Below are positions 10,201 through 19,743 of a stretch of 38,104 nt of DNA, one piece after another. The stretch is taken from UHGV virus genome UHGV-0241771; one strand, written 5' to 3'. Below the pieces are notes generated by a model. The model was given only the letters and a program-made list of their open reading frames with translations, was not told the origin of the DNA and did no database searches. The stretch's first letter is position 1. Each line of letters begins with the position of its first letter. Both the position numbers and the translations under genes were made by a program. The stretch comes from a virus.

Positions 10201-13200
10201 CGGAGAGCAAGGCGCAGGATGAGGAGCGCCGGCAGGAGGCCGAGGATGAGGCGCGGGCGCCGGAGAATTCCCCGGAGGCACAGGAGGCGCGGCGCGAGCG
10301 GGAGCAGGCCCGCGTGGAGGCGCTGGGCGAGCCGGATGGGTCAGGGGTGTTTAACGGGGCGTTTATTGAGGTTCAGGAGGGGGTGCGCCAGGGGTTTATT
10401 GAGAAGTCCCGGCTGACGCTTTGCCCGGATGTGCCCCAGTTTAAGCAGGGGGCGGATGAACAGACCGGGGTGGTGAATCCGATTGTGGGGGCATGGCAGC
10501 GCAATGCCGCGCCGATTTCCGTGTGGAGGCGGAAGGATGGCGCCCTGCAGGTGATCAGCGGCCGGCACCGTTTTAACGCCTGCACGGATGAGGATATTAA
10601 TTGCACGGTGTATGATGAGGCGGCCGGGTTTGATTTGGATTGGGCGCAGACGCATGATGTGGAGAATAATATCCGGGACGGGCAGGCTTCCCTGTTTGAG
10701 ATTGCCCGTTATGTGAGCCGGAAGCGTTTGACGAAGGAGGAGGCGGTGGAGAGGGGGATTTTCCGCAAGGGGCAGTCCCGCCGCGGGGTGGAACTGGGCC
10801 TGTACGGCTGTTCCGATTTGCTGGATGCGCTGGGGAATGAGCTTGTTTCTCCGGATGACGCCTGGCGCGTGGCGATGGCGTTCCGCAATCAGAACGAGGT
10901 GCAGCGGGCCGGGCTGCGTGCCCTGATGGAGGGGAAGAGCTGGCAGGCCGCTTTGGCCGTGATGCAGGTGGCCGCGAATATGGACCGCATCCGCGGGCTG
11001 GCGGAGGCGGCCGGGATGACGTTTGAGACGGATTTGTTCGGCAATTCCCACGCGGAGGAGTATTTTTCAAGGCTGGCCCAGTACGCCGCCGCCCGCGTGA
11101 GCGAGCTGACGAGGGAGATTTCTTCCATTAGCGGGGCGAGCAGACGCCCGGAGACGGCCAGGAAGTATGGCGTGGATGTGAGGGATGCCGCCGCGCTGGA
11201 GGCGGTGGTGAAGGATTTGAAGGCGCAGAGGGCCCAATGGCAGAATTTCGGCCTGCATGAGGAGTTGATTAAGGAGGCCAATGATGCCGTGATGGTGGAG
11301 CTGGGGATGAAGACGCAGGAGGAGGTGGACCGGGAGAACGGCGTGCTTCCTTTGGAGGCGCCGGAACAGGAGGCGGGGTCCGCCGATACGGGGATGTTGC
11401 AGCTTTCCCAGGATGTGAGCCGGATGCTGGATGCGGCGCTGACGAGGGGGGCTGCCCCTGCGGAAGATGAGGCTCCCGCAGCGAATTTTTCCCTGATGTC
11501 CATTTCTTCCGGGGATGTGGTGAGTTCCGCCGCCGGGATGCGGGCGAGGTTGAAACCGTTGCAGGGCAAGGTGTTCGTCAATAAGAATACGGGGATCCAG
11601 GCCGTGATTGAGGCGCGCGTTTCCGGCAAGACGGTGGGCAAGGCCGGGGCTTCACAAATGTCCGTGGCGAATTTGAAGACGCTTGGGTTTTCCGCGGAGG
11701 AGGCCCGGAGGGTTCATTATACGGCGGCCACCCGCATTCATGAGTTGTTTGAGAATGCGGAGGATGGATTTTTTGAAGAGGCGTATAAACAAGATGCCTC
11801 AAAAGCCGGAGCCTATCATTTTTTCAATACAGTAGATATTGAAGGGATAGGAGCGTTTGATGTTAATGTTACAGCAATCAAATACGTTAAGGAACAGGAA
11901 GGTAACGTTCTTTACACGCTGGAATTGACCATAGAAAACCCCGCCACTAGGGGAGCTGCTAGCCGGGAAGGCCGCCTACCTACACCCTTCAAGGACGGGG
12001 TTTCTACCCGTAATTTATCTTCTTACCGTTCTTTTGTCGAGAAGGAAAAGGCGGCTGTCAGGAAGAAGGCGGAGTCTGACGGGACGTTCATGAAGGCTCC
12101 GAATGGGAAGGATACGAATCTGACGGAAGACCAGTGGCTGTCCGTGCGCACGGAGGCGTTTAAGAGTTGGTTTGGCGATTGGGAGCATGACCCGTCCAAT
12201 GCCTCCAAGGTGGTGGACGAGAATGGGGAGCCGCTGGTGGTGTATCATGGTTCTCCGCATGTTTTTACCGTGTTTGACGTGGAGCGTTCCGGAGAGAATT
12301 TTAACCGGAGCCGGGAGGATGGAGGGTTGTTGTTTTTTTCTTCCCTGCCGGAGACGGCGGAAGATGTGCTTTATGATTTAGAGGGCCGTTTTCCGGGGAC
12401 CGGGTTGGAGAGTGCGCGGCTGTATGCGTGTTTTATGAGGTTGAGGCGTCCGTTTATGCTGGATCTTGGCGATGCTTCACAGCGCCCGTTTTCCGGGGAG
12501 GGTGTGCCGGAGAATGTGAAGGGTTCCCCGATGGCGTGGTATTTGTTTCCTCACGAGTTGAGGAGAGGGTTTGATGAGGGGAATGCTCATGGCGCGGGTT
12601 ATGACGGTGTTGTTTTGAAGGGCAAGAATGCTTATGACGGGAGTCCGGAGGTGTGGGGGATGGCTACGGATTCCCGGCAGGTGAAGAGCGCTGTCGATAA
12701 CCGCGGGACGTTTGATTCAGATAGTCCGGATATTACGTTTTCCATTATTGGGGAGAAGGCTGAATCCTTCCAGGAGTACCACAATAACGGCCTTTCCTAC
12801 ACGGATCCGGCGGACGGGAAGCGGAAGGCGATTATTGATTCCCGCGGGGTGCGGTTGAGGAAGGAGCACGTCAGCGTGAGCGAGGGGGGGCATGTGAATG
12901 TTTCCCTGGCCGCGGCCCTGGATTTTCCGGAACTGTTCCGGGCCTACCCGGAGCTGCGGAGGCTGCGGGTGGATTTTTACCGCGACAGCGGGAGCGGCAC
13001 GGGAGGGTTTACCGATCCGCAGGAGCATTATATTGCCGTGAATGTGGCACGGGGCGGAAAGAACGCGGCTCCCGGCATGGTGCTGGATACGATTTTACAC
13101 GAGGTGCAGCATGTGATTCAGGGGTATGAGGGGTTTGCCCAGGGGGCCGGGAGCATGAGCCGGGAGCAGGCGCTTGCTTATCTGGGCGGGAGCATGAGCC

Positions 13201-16200
13201 AGCTGGCGGGCCGGGGCGACGACTGGGCGAAGGCGGCCCTACCCCGCCTGGAGCGGATGAAGCGGGAGCTGGAGGCTGGGACGTTGCAGCCGGCGTTTGT
13301 GTATGTTTTTTCCCACGGGGAGCAGGAGGCGCGGCTGGCCGGGACGTTTGAGAAGAATAGCGAGGGGGTCTTGATGAGCGGGCTGAACGGGTTCCGGCTG
13401 CTGGACGCTCCGCAGTTTTCGATTCCGCTGACGGGGGATATTACGGAGCTTGGCGGCATTACGTTCGGGGCCGGGAGGTTTGGACGGATGGCCGGCAGGG
13501 TTCTGGCTCCGAACGGGGATTGGCTTTACGATGAGATGGTGTTCAGGATGCGGGCCGCCACGCAGCGGTCCGTGAGTAAGCTGCGCCTGTTTGAGACCGG
13601 GGACCGGGAGCGCGGCCTTGAGCTGCTGGCGGAGGCGCAGGAGCTGATTTCCACAGTGGAGCGGTATTTGCCTAATTCTTACGGGTTCGGGCTGGAGCCT
13701 TACAAGATCTGGCTGAATGTGTTTTCCCTGCTTTACGGGAATAGCGGGAAGATGGCGCCGGGCGATGCGGTGGCCAGCGCGTTGGAAGCGATTCCTATGA
13801 GGAGGTGGCCGGAGATTATGGAGGGGAGCATTGGCAAGAGTTTTGTCAATTGGGCGGAGAAGAGGCCGGAGCTGGAGGATGTGGTGGTGGAGGCCCGGAG
13901 GGAGATTGCCGAACGGCAGGCTGATTACGAGCTGGATTCTGCTCCGGACGCGGATAACAGGGCCGCCCTGGCGGCCCGCAAGGGGGTGGAACAGGAGGTG
14001 TGGCGCCGGTTGTTTGAGGAGCACGGGGCCGAGTTTCTGGAGGAGTACGGGGAACAGAAGGTGTTCCGGCTTGTGGGGAAGTTTATGGAGCGCGTGGTGG
14101 AGCAGATTGACCGCTTCCGGAAGGACCGGACGCTGGGGCGCATCCGCCGCGTGGCGGCTTCCGTGGCTCCGCGGACGAGTCCGCAGGGGAAGCCGATGCG
14201 CGGGAAGATGGACGCGGAGAGTTACCGGAGGCTGGAGAGGTGCTTGCGCCTGCTGGAGATGACCGAGAGCCAGTACGATGAGTTTTTCCAGAAGAATTTT
14301 CCGGAGGATGCCGAGGAGGGGAAGAGGTGGGAGGATCTGGCCCCGGATGCGCTGGTGCTGGTGACGCTGCCCGACGCGGAAGGGAGGCTGGAAGAGGTGG
14401 CCGTAACGCAGCGGGAGTTTGAGGTTTACGCCTGTTATGAACGGATGGACGTGAATACCGCGGAGAAGTGCGGCGCGGCCCTTGGAGAATTGATTGCCAC
14501 GTCCCGCCATGCCTGGGAGAACGCAGCGGAGAAGAAGAAGCTGGAGGTTGCCGCCATGGCCGCCCCACTGCTGCAGGCCACCGGGGATTTGGATGATAGC
14601 AGGATGGCGACGTTCCGCCGGAAGGCGAGGCTGCGGGCTTTGCCGAAGAATCCCCTTTCCCTGTTTGATTACCTGATGAATTTTAATCAGTATATGCAGG
14701 CGCTTTCTTCCGTGGAGCCGTTTGCCGGGGTTGCCCGCCAGTTTGAGGAACGGGCGGCGCGGTTTAATGTGCAGCGGCAGGCGAGCGAGAAGGAGATGCT
14801 GCGTTTTGTGCATCATACCGTAGCGGAGATTGCGGGGTCCGCGGACCGGTATGATATTGCCGAGTGGATTTATGAGGGGCGCATGAAGCAGGATACGGGG
14901 ATTTCTGTTGTGGAGCGGGAGCCGTATTGGAACAGGAAAGCAAACGCCCTGTACCGGGAACGCCTTCTTCATTTGCTGCGCCGGAAGGTGAAGTCCCACG
15001 GGCTGGAAGCGGTGCAGCTTTATTTGAGGGAGTTTAAGCTTTCCGAGGGTTTGAAGAAGGAGGTGGACGCCCTGTTCGGGCACCGCCGCAAGGATATTTC
15101 CGCCAAGCAGGCGAAGAAGGCATTGGAGCACATGGAGCGCGTGTTTACGCAGAAGGAGTGGGAGCGGTACGGGGACCAGAATGTTTTTGTGAGGGAGCGG
15201 GCGGAGATGCTGCGATCCAGGACGAAGTATGCCAAGGAGGGGTATCAGCCGAAGAGTTTCCGGCTGGATGGCCTGTCCCGGATGGAGGCGGCGTATTTGG
15301 TGCTGTTGTCCGAGCAGGCGGATTATACCGAGGCCCTGGCGGAACGCGGGTTTGACGCGGAGGTGATGGACCGGCTGCGCGGGTTTGCCGGGGATGAGGT
15401 GATGCGGTTTGCTTACGCCTTGAGAGAGAAATTGAATGAACGGAGCGGACAGGTGCAGGAGATGACCGAGAGGCGCTACGGCTCACCGTTTCCGCTGACG
15501 GAGAATTATTTCCGGGCGTTTTTCGATGTGACGATGGAGGCGATTGATAAGTCGATTGCTGATGCGGCGTCTTACGGGGAAGCGGCCACAGGCGGGAAGT
15601 TCGGGTTGATTCACGCCCGCCGGAAGCATCAGGCGCACCTGGATTTGGAGATGGATGTTTGCACGGCGTTTATGGCGGCCATGACCGAGCAGGATCTTTA
15701 CCTGTATGGTTCCGAGATCAGCCGTGATTTGCGGGCCCTGCTGAATTTTAAGGGTGAGGATGGCGAGGCGGGCCGGAGCCTGGAGGTGCTGTTGGGGCGG
15801 GATGCCGTGGGCAAGCTGATGGCCTGGGCGGATGCGTTTGACCGCGCCGGGGCGGAGAGTATCCGGGGGCACCTGGATATGAACCGCCTGATGAACCGGC
15901 TTTCCGGCGCGGCGGCGCGGGTGCTGCTGGCCGGGCGCGTGGGGACGCTGACCAAGCAGGTGACGACGGTGATTAACGCGATGTATGCTTCCGACGAGAT
16001 TGGCCTTGCCGAGTGGCTGGGGGCCGTCCGCCGGTATCACGCCGGGAAGCTGGTGAAGCCTGTGCGCGAGATAGAGGTTCTGCCGGAGCTGGACAGCCGC
16101 GACAAGACGCGGTTCAGTGCTACGCTGGCTGCCATGGGGGCCGACGAGGCCGGGCGCCGGGTGTCCCGCCTGGAACGCTGGAACCGGGAGGGGATGGATT

Positions 16201-17027
16201 TGCTGGAGCGGGTGGATATGAAGGGGAATGCGATTTCCGCGGCTATTTTGTACGATGCGGTTTACCGGAAGATGAAGCGTGAGACGCCGGACGCTACGGA
16301 GGCCGAGCTTGACGCGGCCGCCATGGCGGAGGTGCGGCGCTCCCTGTCCCGCAAGGGTCAGCCGATGACGCAGCTGCAGAAGTCCCTGGCCGCGCAGCAC
16401 CGGACCTGGATGCAGGCGGGGATGTTGTTCCTGGGCGGCGAGTCAATCAATACGATGGGCAATGTGTTTTCCCTGGCCCGCAGCGGGCAATGGGGGAAGG
16501 CCGGGTTGATGTGGGTTTCTCACGGGATGGTGCTGGCCCTTCTGAATGGACTGCTTAATTTCATGACCGATGACGAGAAGCGCCGCCGGAAGCGGGAGTG
16601 GTGGCACGCCCTGTTTGATGTGGTGATGGGGCCCGTGATGGGGATTCCTGTAGTAAGCGGGCTGGCTGGTGAGGGCGTGAGGCAGCTTGCGAAGCTGTGC
16701 GGGTATCATGCTTTTATGCCGGGGAATAATTTGCTGGTGCCGTTTTCTAATGCGGCGGATATCGGGAAGGCGTTTTCCAACGCCTGGAAGTTGTTTGACG
16801 GCAAGGAACGGCCCTGGGAGGATGACGCCCTTTCTTTCCACGAGCTTTTACGCACCGCAGCAGCGGGGACGGTGGCTTTTTCTCCACGGACAACCAAGGG
16901 GGGCGCCGCTGCTGTAGGAGCCGCCCTGACGATGGCGCTTCTGCTGAATGTGACGGAGTTTGCCCTTAAAACAGTCCGCAGCGTTCAGGAGAACGGTGCG
17001 GACTGGGATAAGTGGGTCGGAAGATGA
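7242..17027 (+). CDS. Giant 3261-aa polyvalent virion protein (gp16 position) with ParB-like nuclease, ADP-ribosyltransferase-like and HExxH zincin modules plus C-terminal membrane helices
   Basis: Single uninterrupted 9.8-kb ORF. DGALQVISGRHRFNA at ~10.54 kb is a ParB/Srx GxxR motif. VVYHGSPHVFTVFDVE at ~12.24 kb resembles the PARP/diphtheria-class H-G-S ART motif. LDTILHEVQHVIQGYEG is at ~13.1 kb. Hydrophobic helices at 16.40-16.69 kb and 16.89-16.95 kb. Confidence 0.8.
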   Translation: MFAQDVFERLGLSQDMDLLKELQKEALSEPTEAAQSPYMDDPAYAGFETLRGLFGSNHGDNPSMYWLAQGKEMPEFATVADAQAAVWKDFQKKARAYQAEQERQQQAREALAATIDPFIDRYVRGDTVVPSPEQVMMMQEAGISWESVRRARRGMQLVREYDAQGTLYDDRIINNLAEQVGDDELARRIVLNMFYNDARKYAKDKHGDEWTGIDWIDKAAQGVTGMVRTGGVKGWRTGQKAWRNLQVMGEVDAVTNAAKRLPELIASGMDVDEARAQIEKDATFLEIRRRWAADLVETMEAGEKEYLEGEDRHLVGRIGSQLGSIIGDTAPWFIPAIGPAIGASSAMQSRRDEGVSIGLTMEETEKRAMMFGQADALEEMIAFSPIGRLTPGYKWLKKALGGGKAAGKLAPWRARWMASPKAQYAIQGLSGAAEEAIFEPTAGYLMRTVQSMNLTDERGKQTFRQYLDDMGQMMHGEQGLALLAFTFGMSGFNYPQIKKAAQEFGLSLQHYKELGGTVQGYLEAREEKTAEGFLNKALSHLHDSWMEDPQASMERASAAAGERLSGERIESLRELDAWRAAEDAGMVPRVEPAEQEGMFRVYAPARGTEAPREDASVSGEGQEEGAPSYTLMDGEQMTAYLQAFVDADMEHAIVGAQHLLAGDVTVGQALAQGRFDAAEVITRTVTDEQTGAERVVIAPETLGQMKARADMAMAAIRALEAEGVSYEEAAARMDASLSEHIPLGILVQTWEESQERIRTEQARNLEFKAPAMDAPFSNAYVTKVRRGDTFRRVLRYARGNATVEDLMEETMEQAVISWQAEQGLSWDEFGAMLQEAQRVMIELFPEARGEEMQFIHLDAGKPVTGHDAIEAFSKIGRSRWLADAVRSTSLPSWLRNLLNHLVRFLGYFKARVELGEMVRQAEEQGVFSLPVRQALAVMLDAGNALYRDQQGDLMELSMERARAQAGLDAMFGAGVATEARTLEDELAESKAQDEERRQEAEDEARAPENSPEAQEARREREQARVEALGEPDGSGVFNGAFIEVQEGVRQGFIEKSRLTLCPDVPQFKQGADEQTGVVNPIVGAWQRNAAPISVWRRKDGALQVISGRHRFNACTDEDINCTVYDEAAGFDLDWAQTHDVENNIRDGQASLFEIARYVSRKRLTKEEAVERGIFRKGQSRRGVELGLYGCSDLLDALGNELVSPDDAWRVAMAFRNQNEVQRAGLRALMEGKSWQAALAVMQVAANMDRIRGLAEAAGMTFETDLFGNSHAEEYFSRLAQYAAARVSELTREISSISGASRRPETARKYGVDVRDAAALEAVVKDLKAQRAQWQNFGLHEELIKEANDAVMVELGMKTQEEVDRENGVLPLEAPEQEAGSADTGMLQLSQDVSRMLDAALTRGAAPAEDEAPAANFSLMSISSGDVVSSAAGMRARLKPLQGKVFVNKNTGIQAVIEARVSGKTVGKAGASQMSVANLKTLGFSAEEARRVHYTAATRIHELFENAEDGFFEEAYKQDASKAGAYHFFNTVDIEGIGAFDVNVTAIKYVKEQEGNVLYTLELTIENPATRGAASREGRLPTPFKDGVSTRNLSSYRSFVEKEKAAVRKKAESDGTFMKAPNGKDTNLTEDQWLSVRTEAFKSWFGDWEHDPSNASKVVDENGEPLVVYHGSPHVFTVFDVERSGENFNRSREDGGLLFFSSLPETAEDVLYDLEGRFPGTGLESARLYACFMRLRRPFMLDLGDASQRPFSGEGVPENVKGSPMAWYLFPHELRRGFDEGNAHGAGYDGVVLKGKNAYDGSPEVWGMATDSRQVKSAVDNRGTFDSDSPDITFSIIGEKAESFQEYHNNGLSYTDPADGKRKAIIDSRGVRLRKEHVSVSEGGHVNVSLAAALDFPELFRAYPELRRLRVDFYRDSGSGTGGFTDPQEHYIAVNVARGGKNAAPGMVLDTILHEVQHVIQGYEGFAQGAGSMSREQALAYLGGSMSQLAGRGDDWAKAALPRLERMKRELEAGTLQPAFVYVFSHGEQEARLAGTFEKNSEGVLMSGLNGFRLLDAPQFSIPLTGDITELGGITFGAGRFGRMAGRVLAPNGDWLYDEMVFRMRAATQRSVSKLRLFETGDRERGLELLAEAQELISTVERYLPNSYGFGLEPYKIWLNVFSLLYGNSGKMAPGDAVASALEAIPMRRWPEIMEGSIGKSFVNWAEKRPELEDVVVEARREIAERQADYELDSAPDADNRAALAARKGVEQEVWRRLFEEHGAEFLEEYGEQKVFRLVGKFMERVVEQIDRFRKDRTLGRIRRVAASVAPRTSPQGKPMRGKMDAESYRRLERCLRLLEMTESQYDEFFQKNFPEDAEEGKRWEDLAPDALVLVTLPDAEGRLEEVAVTQREFEVYACYERMDVNTAEKCGAALGELIATSRHAWENAAEKKKLEVAAMAAPLLQATGDLDDSRMATFRRKARLRALPKNPLSLFDYLMNFNQYMQALSSVEPFAGVARQFEERAARFNVQRQASEKEMLRFVHHTVAEIAGSADRYDIAEWIYEGRMKQDTGISVVEREPYWNRKANALYRERLLHLLRRKVKSHGLEAVQLYLREFKLSEGLKKEVDALFGHRRKDISAKQAKKALEHMERVFTQKEWERYGDQNVFVRERAEMLRSRTKYAKEGYQPKSFRLDGLSRMEAAYLVLLSEQADYTEALAERGFDAEVMDRLRGFAGDEVMRFAYALREKLNERSGQVQEMTERRYGSPFPLTENYFRAFFDVTMEAIDKSIADAASYGEAATGGKFGLIHARRKHQAHLDLEMDVCTAFMAAMTEQDLYLYGSEISRDLRALLNFKGEDGEAGRSLEVLLGRDAVGKLMAWADAFDRAGAESIRGHLDMNRLMNRLSGAAARVLLAGRVGTLTKQVTTVINAMYASDEIGLAEWLGAVRRYHAGKLVKPVREIEVLPELDSRDKTRFSATLAAMGADEAGRRVSRLERWNREGMDLLERVDMKGNAISAAILYDAVYRKMKRETPDATEAELDAAAMAEVRRSLSRKGQPMTQLQKSLAAQHRTWMQAGMLFLGGESINTMGNVFSLARSGQWGKAGLMWVSHGMVLALLNGLLNFMTDDEKRRRKREWWHALFDVVMGPVMGIPVVSGLAGEGVRQLAKLCGYHAFMPGNNLLVPFSNAADIGKAFSNAWKLFDGKERPWEDDALSFHELLRTAAAGTVAFSPRTTKGGAAAVGAALTMALLLNVTEFALKTVRSVQENGADWDKWVGR

Positions 17028-17199
17028 ATCCGGTGAAGACGGTAGCGGATGTGATGGATTGAAGGCACATTCACTTGTGTCATTACATTAACATATCATA
17101 ATGAATGTTTTATAAAAAATAATATGTTTTTTAGTTGCAGAAATAAAAGAATGATGTTCTAATCCTCTTGACGTCGGAGGTTTGTCCTTCCCGGACAAG

Positions 17200-17236
17200 C
17201 GTCTGCCTTATGGTAAGGCCGACGTCTATTTTTATA
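17200..17236 (+). terminator. Intrinsic terminator between the convergent giant gene and the DUF3800-like gene
   Basis: Hairpin cgtctgcctta-tgg-taaggccgacg (10/11 bp) followed by TCTATTTTTAT. Confidence 0.5.
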
Positions 17237-18059
17237 CCCTTTTTCTGGGGGGATAAGAAATCCGCGTAACTCCAGATGATGTCTGTTTACGCACGCCTGA
17301 ATGTTGTTTTTTAACAGGTCCCCCAATCCAGCGCAGGGTGTTATGAATTCTACCGGAGTTGTCTTTCCACGAATAAAAGCAGTTTTCCAGTTGGGAGTAG
17401 AGTGGCATGATCGGAGCAAATTCCGCAACTCTCAATCCAATGATGGTAGTGACAATGTCTGCTATTTGGATACCTATGTTTTTAGCTTGAGATATGGCAA
17501 ACATAGGTATTTCAAGAATAGAGGACCTCATCTGACTACCAGGAGCGCTTTTGACAAGGAAATTGGTAATGGCAGCTGCATTCCTACCGTTTGTTCCATC
17601 ATCCCGGTTGTCAATAATGATGATGGCTTTTCTCCCATAATGTTCCCGCTTCATATAGATGTTGATACGTTCACAGAGACTTTTGAATGTAGCATCAAGA
17701 ACACCAGTGTCCTTGCAAGAAAAACTTTGCATGGCTTGGTCAAAACAGACACACCCAAATACCGTAATTTTACTTTTTTTTAGGAATTGGAGAATGGATT
17801 CAATGAGTTTGACGTTAGTTGAACCTTCTGGGTACATCTCGTGTTGTTTGAAGGAGGTTCGAGATAAAAGATTTTTTCCCTTCAGTTCAGAGTTGTCCGC
17901 GTAGTCTTTTCCAAGATGTTGAAGTTTTAATTTATAGATGGTATTGGCAATTTTTGTGTAGTCTCCAATAGGGATAGCTACCCCGCACATAGCTCCAAAT
18001 TTATGTTTTTCTCCCCCTCTATCCAGTTCTCTAAATGTTTCATCCAAGAAAATCAACAT
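17232..18059 (-). CDS. DUF3800-like protein, predicted acidic-triad nuclease (moron)
   Basis: N-terminal MLIFLDETF (xFxDES-like), AIIIIDNRDDG and IQIADIV acidic motifs. Convergent with the structural operon. Own divergent promoter region. Confidence 0.5.
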   Translation of the reverse strand: MLIFLDETFRELDRGGEKHKFGAMCGVAIPIGDYTKIANTIYKLKLQHLGKDYADNSELKGKNLLSRTSFKQHEMYPEGSTNVKLIESILQFLKKSKITVFGCVCFDQAMQSFSCKDTGVLDATFKSLCERINIYMKREHYGRKAIIIIDNRDDGTNGRNAAAITNFLVKSAPGSQMRSSILEIPMFAISQAKNIGIQIADIVTTIIGLRVAEFAPIMPLYSQLENCFYSWKDNSGRIHNTLRWIGGPVKKQHSGVRKQTSSGVTRISYPPRKRV

Positions 18060-18357
18060 ACCAATTATTTATGTGTTTTATATACCTAAAGTCCCGACTT
18101 TCTAAATGGGCGTCACATTCCTTTGCAAGGCGGCGACAACGGATGAAAAACTAAATGAAAAAGGGTACAACCTCAAGGAAATATTGCACAACTATTTTTG
18201 TGATATACTATATATTGTGGCATTATCCTTGATTTCAAGGAATATTTTTATTGTCTTGCGTGATTTTTTTGTCTAGTACTTGGCTTCATGTTCGTCCGAC
18301 TGGTTGTCAAATACTTGAGGACTTGAGTTTTTGAGGATATAGGAATACCTTGGAGAA

Positions 18358-19050
18358 ATGAAAGGTTTACTGATTGCCATTTGCGTTTTCCTGGGGCTGG
18401 CATTGTTGCCGATGCCCTACGGCTATTATATGTTCCTGCGGTTGGCTGTGTGTGCTTACGCCATATTTGTGTTTACCCAGGAGCAGAAGAAAGGGGTGTG
18501 TTTCGGGAGCGTATCCGCTGCCGCTATTGCTCTGCTTTACAATCCCGTCTTCCGGGTGCATTTGGAGAAGGAGGTCTGGATGTGGGTGAATGTAATAACC
18601 ATATTATTATTCATCATTGTCTCGTTGCCATGGAGAGAGTTTGCAGAGACAAGAAGAGAACGAACAAGGAAACTTAAAGAGGAAGCAGAGAAAAGGAATG
18701 AGGAAAAATTTTATGGAGTGTATTATAAATATTTTAAAAGTAATTTTCTTCTTCCGAATTACTGTGTAAGATGTAAAGAAACTATAGACATATCTACAAG
18801 CAAAGATTTATTATGTCCTTTTTGTTATCAAAAAGTTCAAGAATTTATAGAGCAAGAAGAGAATGAATTTACGAAGACGGGAAATCTTCCCATGAAATTG
18901 AATTTCAAATGTAAACATTGTGGGGCGGAAGAAAGAACAAGATCGTTTACATTTGGATTTTGCAAACCATGTTATTGGTCTCTTTGCGAACTTGAGTCAA
19001 TCGCGAAGAAAGATTTAAAAGGCTATGAGCGATATAAAAAAACATGCTAG
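18358..19050 (+). CDS. Membrane protein with 3 N-terminal TM helices and C-terminal double zinc ribbon (4x CxxC)
   Basis: CVRC...CPFC and CKHC...CKPC motifs. Lys/Glu-rich linker. N-terminal TM region is GC-rich (about 18358-18650) and the rest AT-rich (possible chimera). Confidence 0.45.
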   Translation: MKGLLIAICVFLGLALLPMPYGYYMFLRLAVCAYAIFVFTQEQKKGVCFGSVSAAAIALLYNPVFRVHLEKEVWMWVNVITILLFIIVSLPWREFAETRRERTRKLKEEAEKRNEEKFYGVYYKYFKSNFLLPNYCVRCKETIDISTSKDLLCPFCYQKVQEFIEQEENEFTKTGNLPMKLNFKCKHCGAEERTRSFTFGFCKPCYWSLCELESIAKKDLKGYERYKKTC

Positions 19051-19266
19051 CTATAAAAAAAGCAAGAACGGATAAAGAAAAAATCTATTGGCGGCCAGCA
19101 TGAAAATAATACTAACAGGAAGCTCTACCAATTGGGTTAGCCATTCATGAAAAGTTTATATAACAGATAGTTTTTTAATTTTTATTATTTTATATTTTAT
19201 TATAACGATTATTACTGCACTATATCTGACAACAACTGTTATAAGATAATTACTACAAAAGACGAT

Positions 19267-19743
19267 TTACAAAACCGCATAAATACAACCAACAATTGTT
19301 ATAATAGGAGCAAACCAAACTACCAGACCACCAGCTAGATATGATGCTCTATGACTAAATGTTCCATATAAAGCAATCCCTAATGATGTATCATAACTTC
19401 CATACATTTGTTTAGTTGCTTGATAGATACCGTTTGAAATAGATAGAGCATAAGTCATGATTAGTAACATAATTGGAATAAGTTCTAGACCTGAATAAAA
19501 GTATATCGCTGCAACATAAAACGAACTGATATAAAGAAGTATACTAATACTTGCTATGAACACTTGAAGACCGGGAGCCTTTTGTCCAAATACATACGCA
19601 TTGATAAGTTCCGGTATAGAGAGTATGAGATTCGCTATAGGCAACACAGCCAAGAGAATGAAGATGATAGCAGGTACATAGAGGCCGATGCAGAATGCCC
19701 AGATAAGTCCAACGAGTGAAATAGGGAGAAGAATAAGGATCAT
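19267..19743 (-). CDS. Polytopic membrane protein (158 aa, 4-5 TM)
   Basis: Last gene of the minus-strand operon 20800->19267. Very hydrophobic and AT-rich. Confidence 0.45.
   Translation of the reverse strand: MILILLPISLVGLIWAFCIGLYVPAIIFILLAVLPIANLILSIPELINAYVFGQKAPGLQVFIASISILLYISSFYVAAIYFYSGLELIPIMLLIMTYALSISNGIYQATKQMYGSYDTSLGIALYGTFSHRASYLAGGLVVWFAPIITIVGCIYAVL

Noticed and set aside
7323-16841. Many long minus-strand ORFs inside the giant gene, e.g. 13239..15131 (630 aa), 15483..16400, 8316..9215 and 10341..11051
   Set aside because: The translations are Arg/Pro/Gly/His-rich low-complexity strings typical of antisense frames in GC-rich coding DNA. The + strand ORF is uninterrupted for 9.8 kb and carries recognisable motifs.
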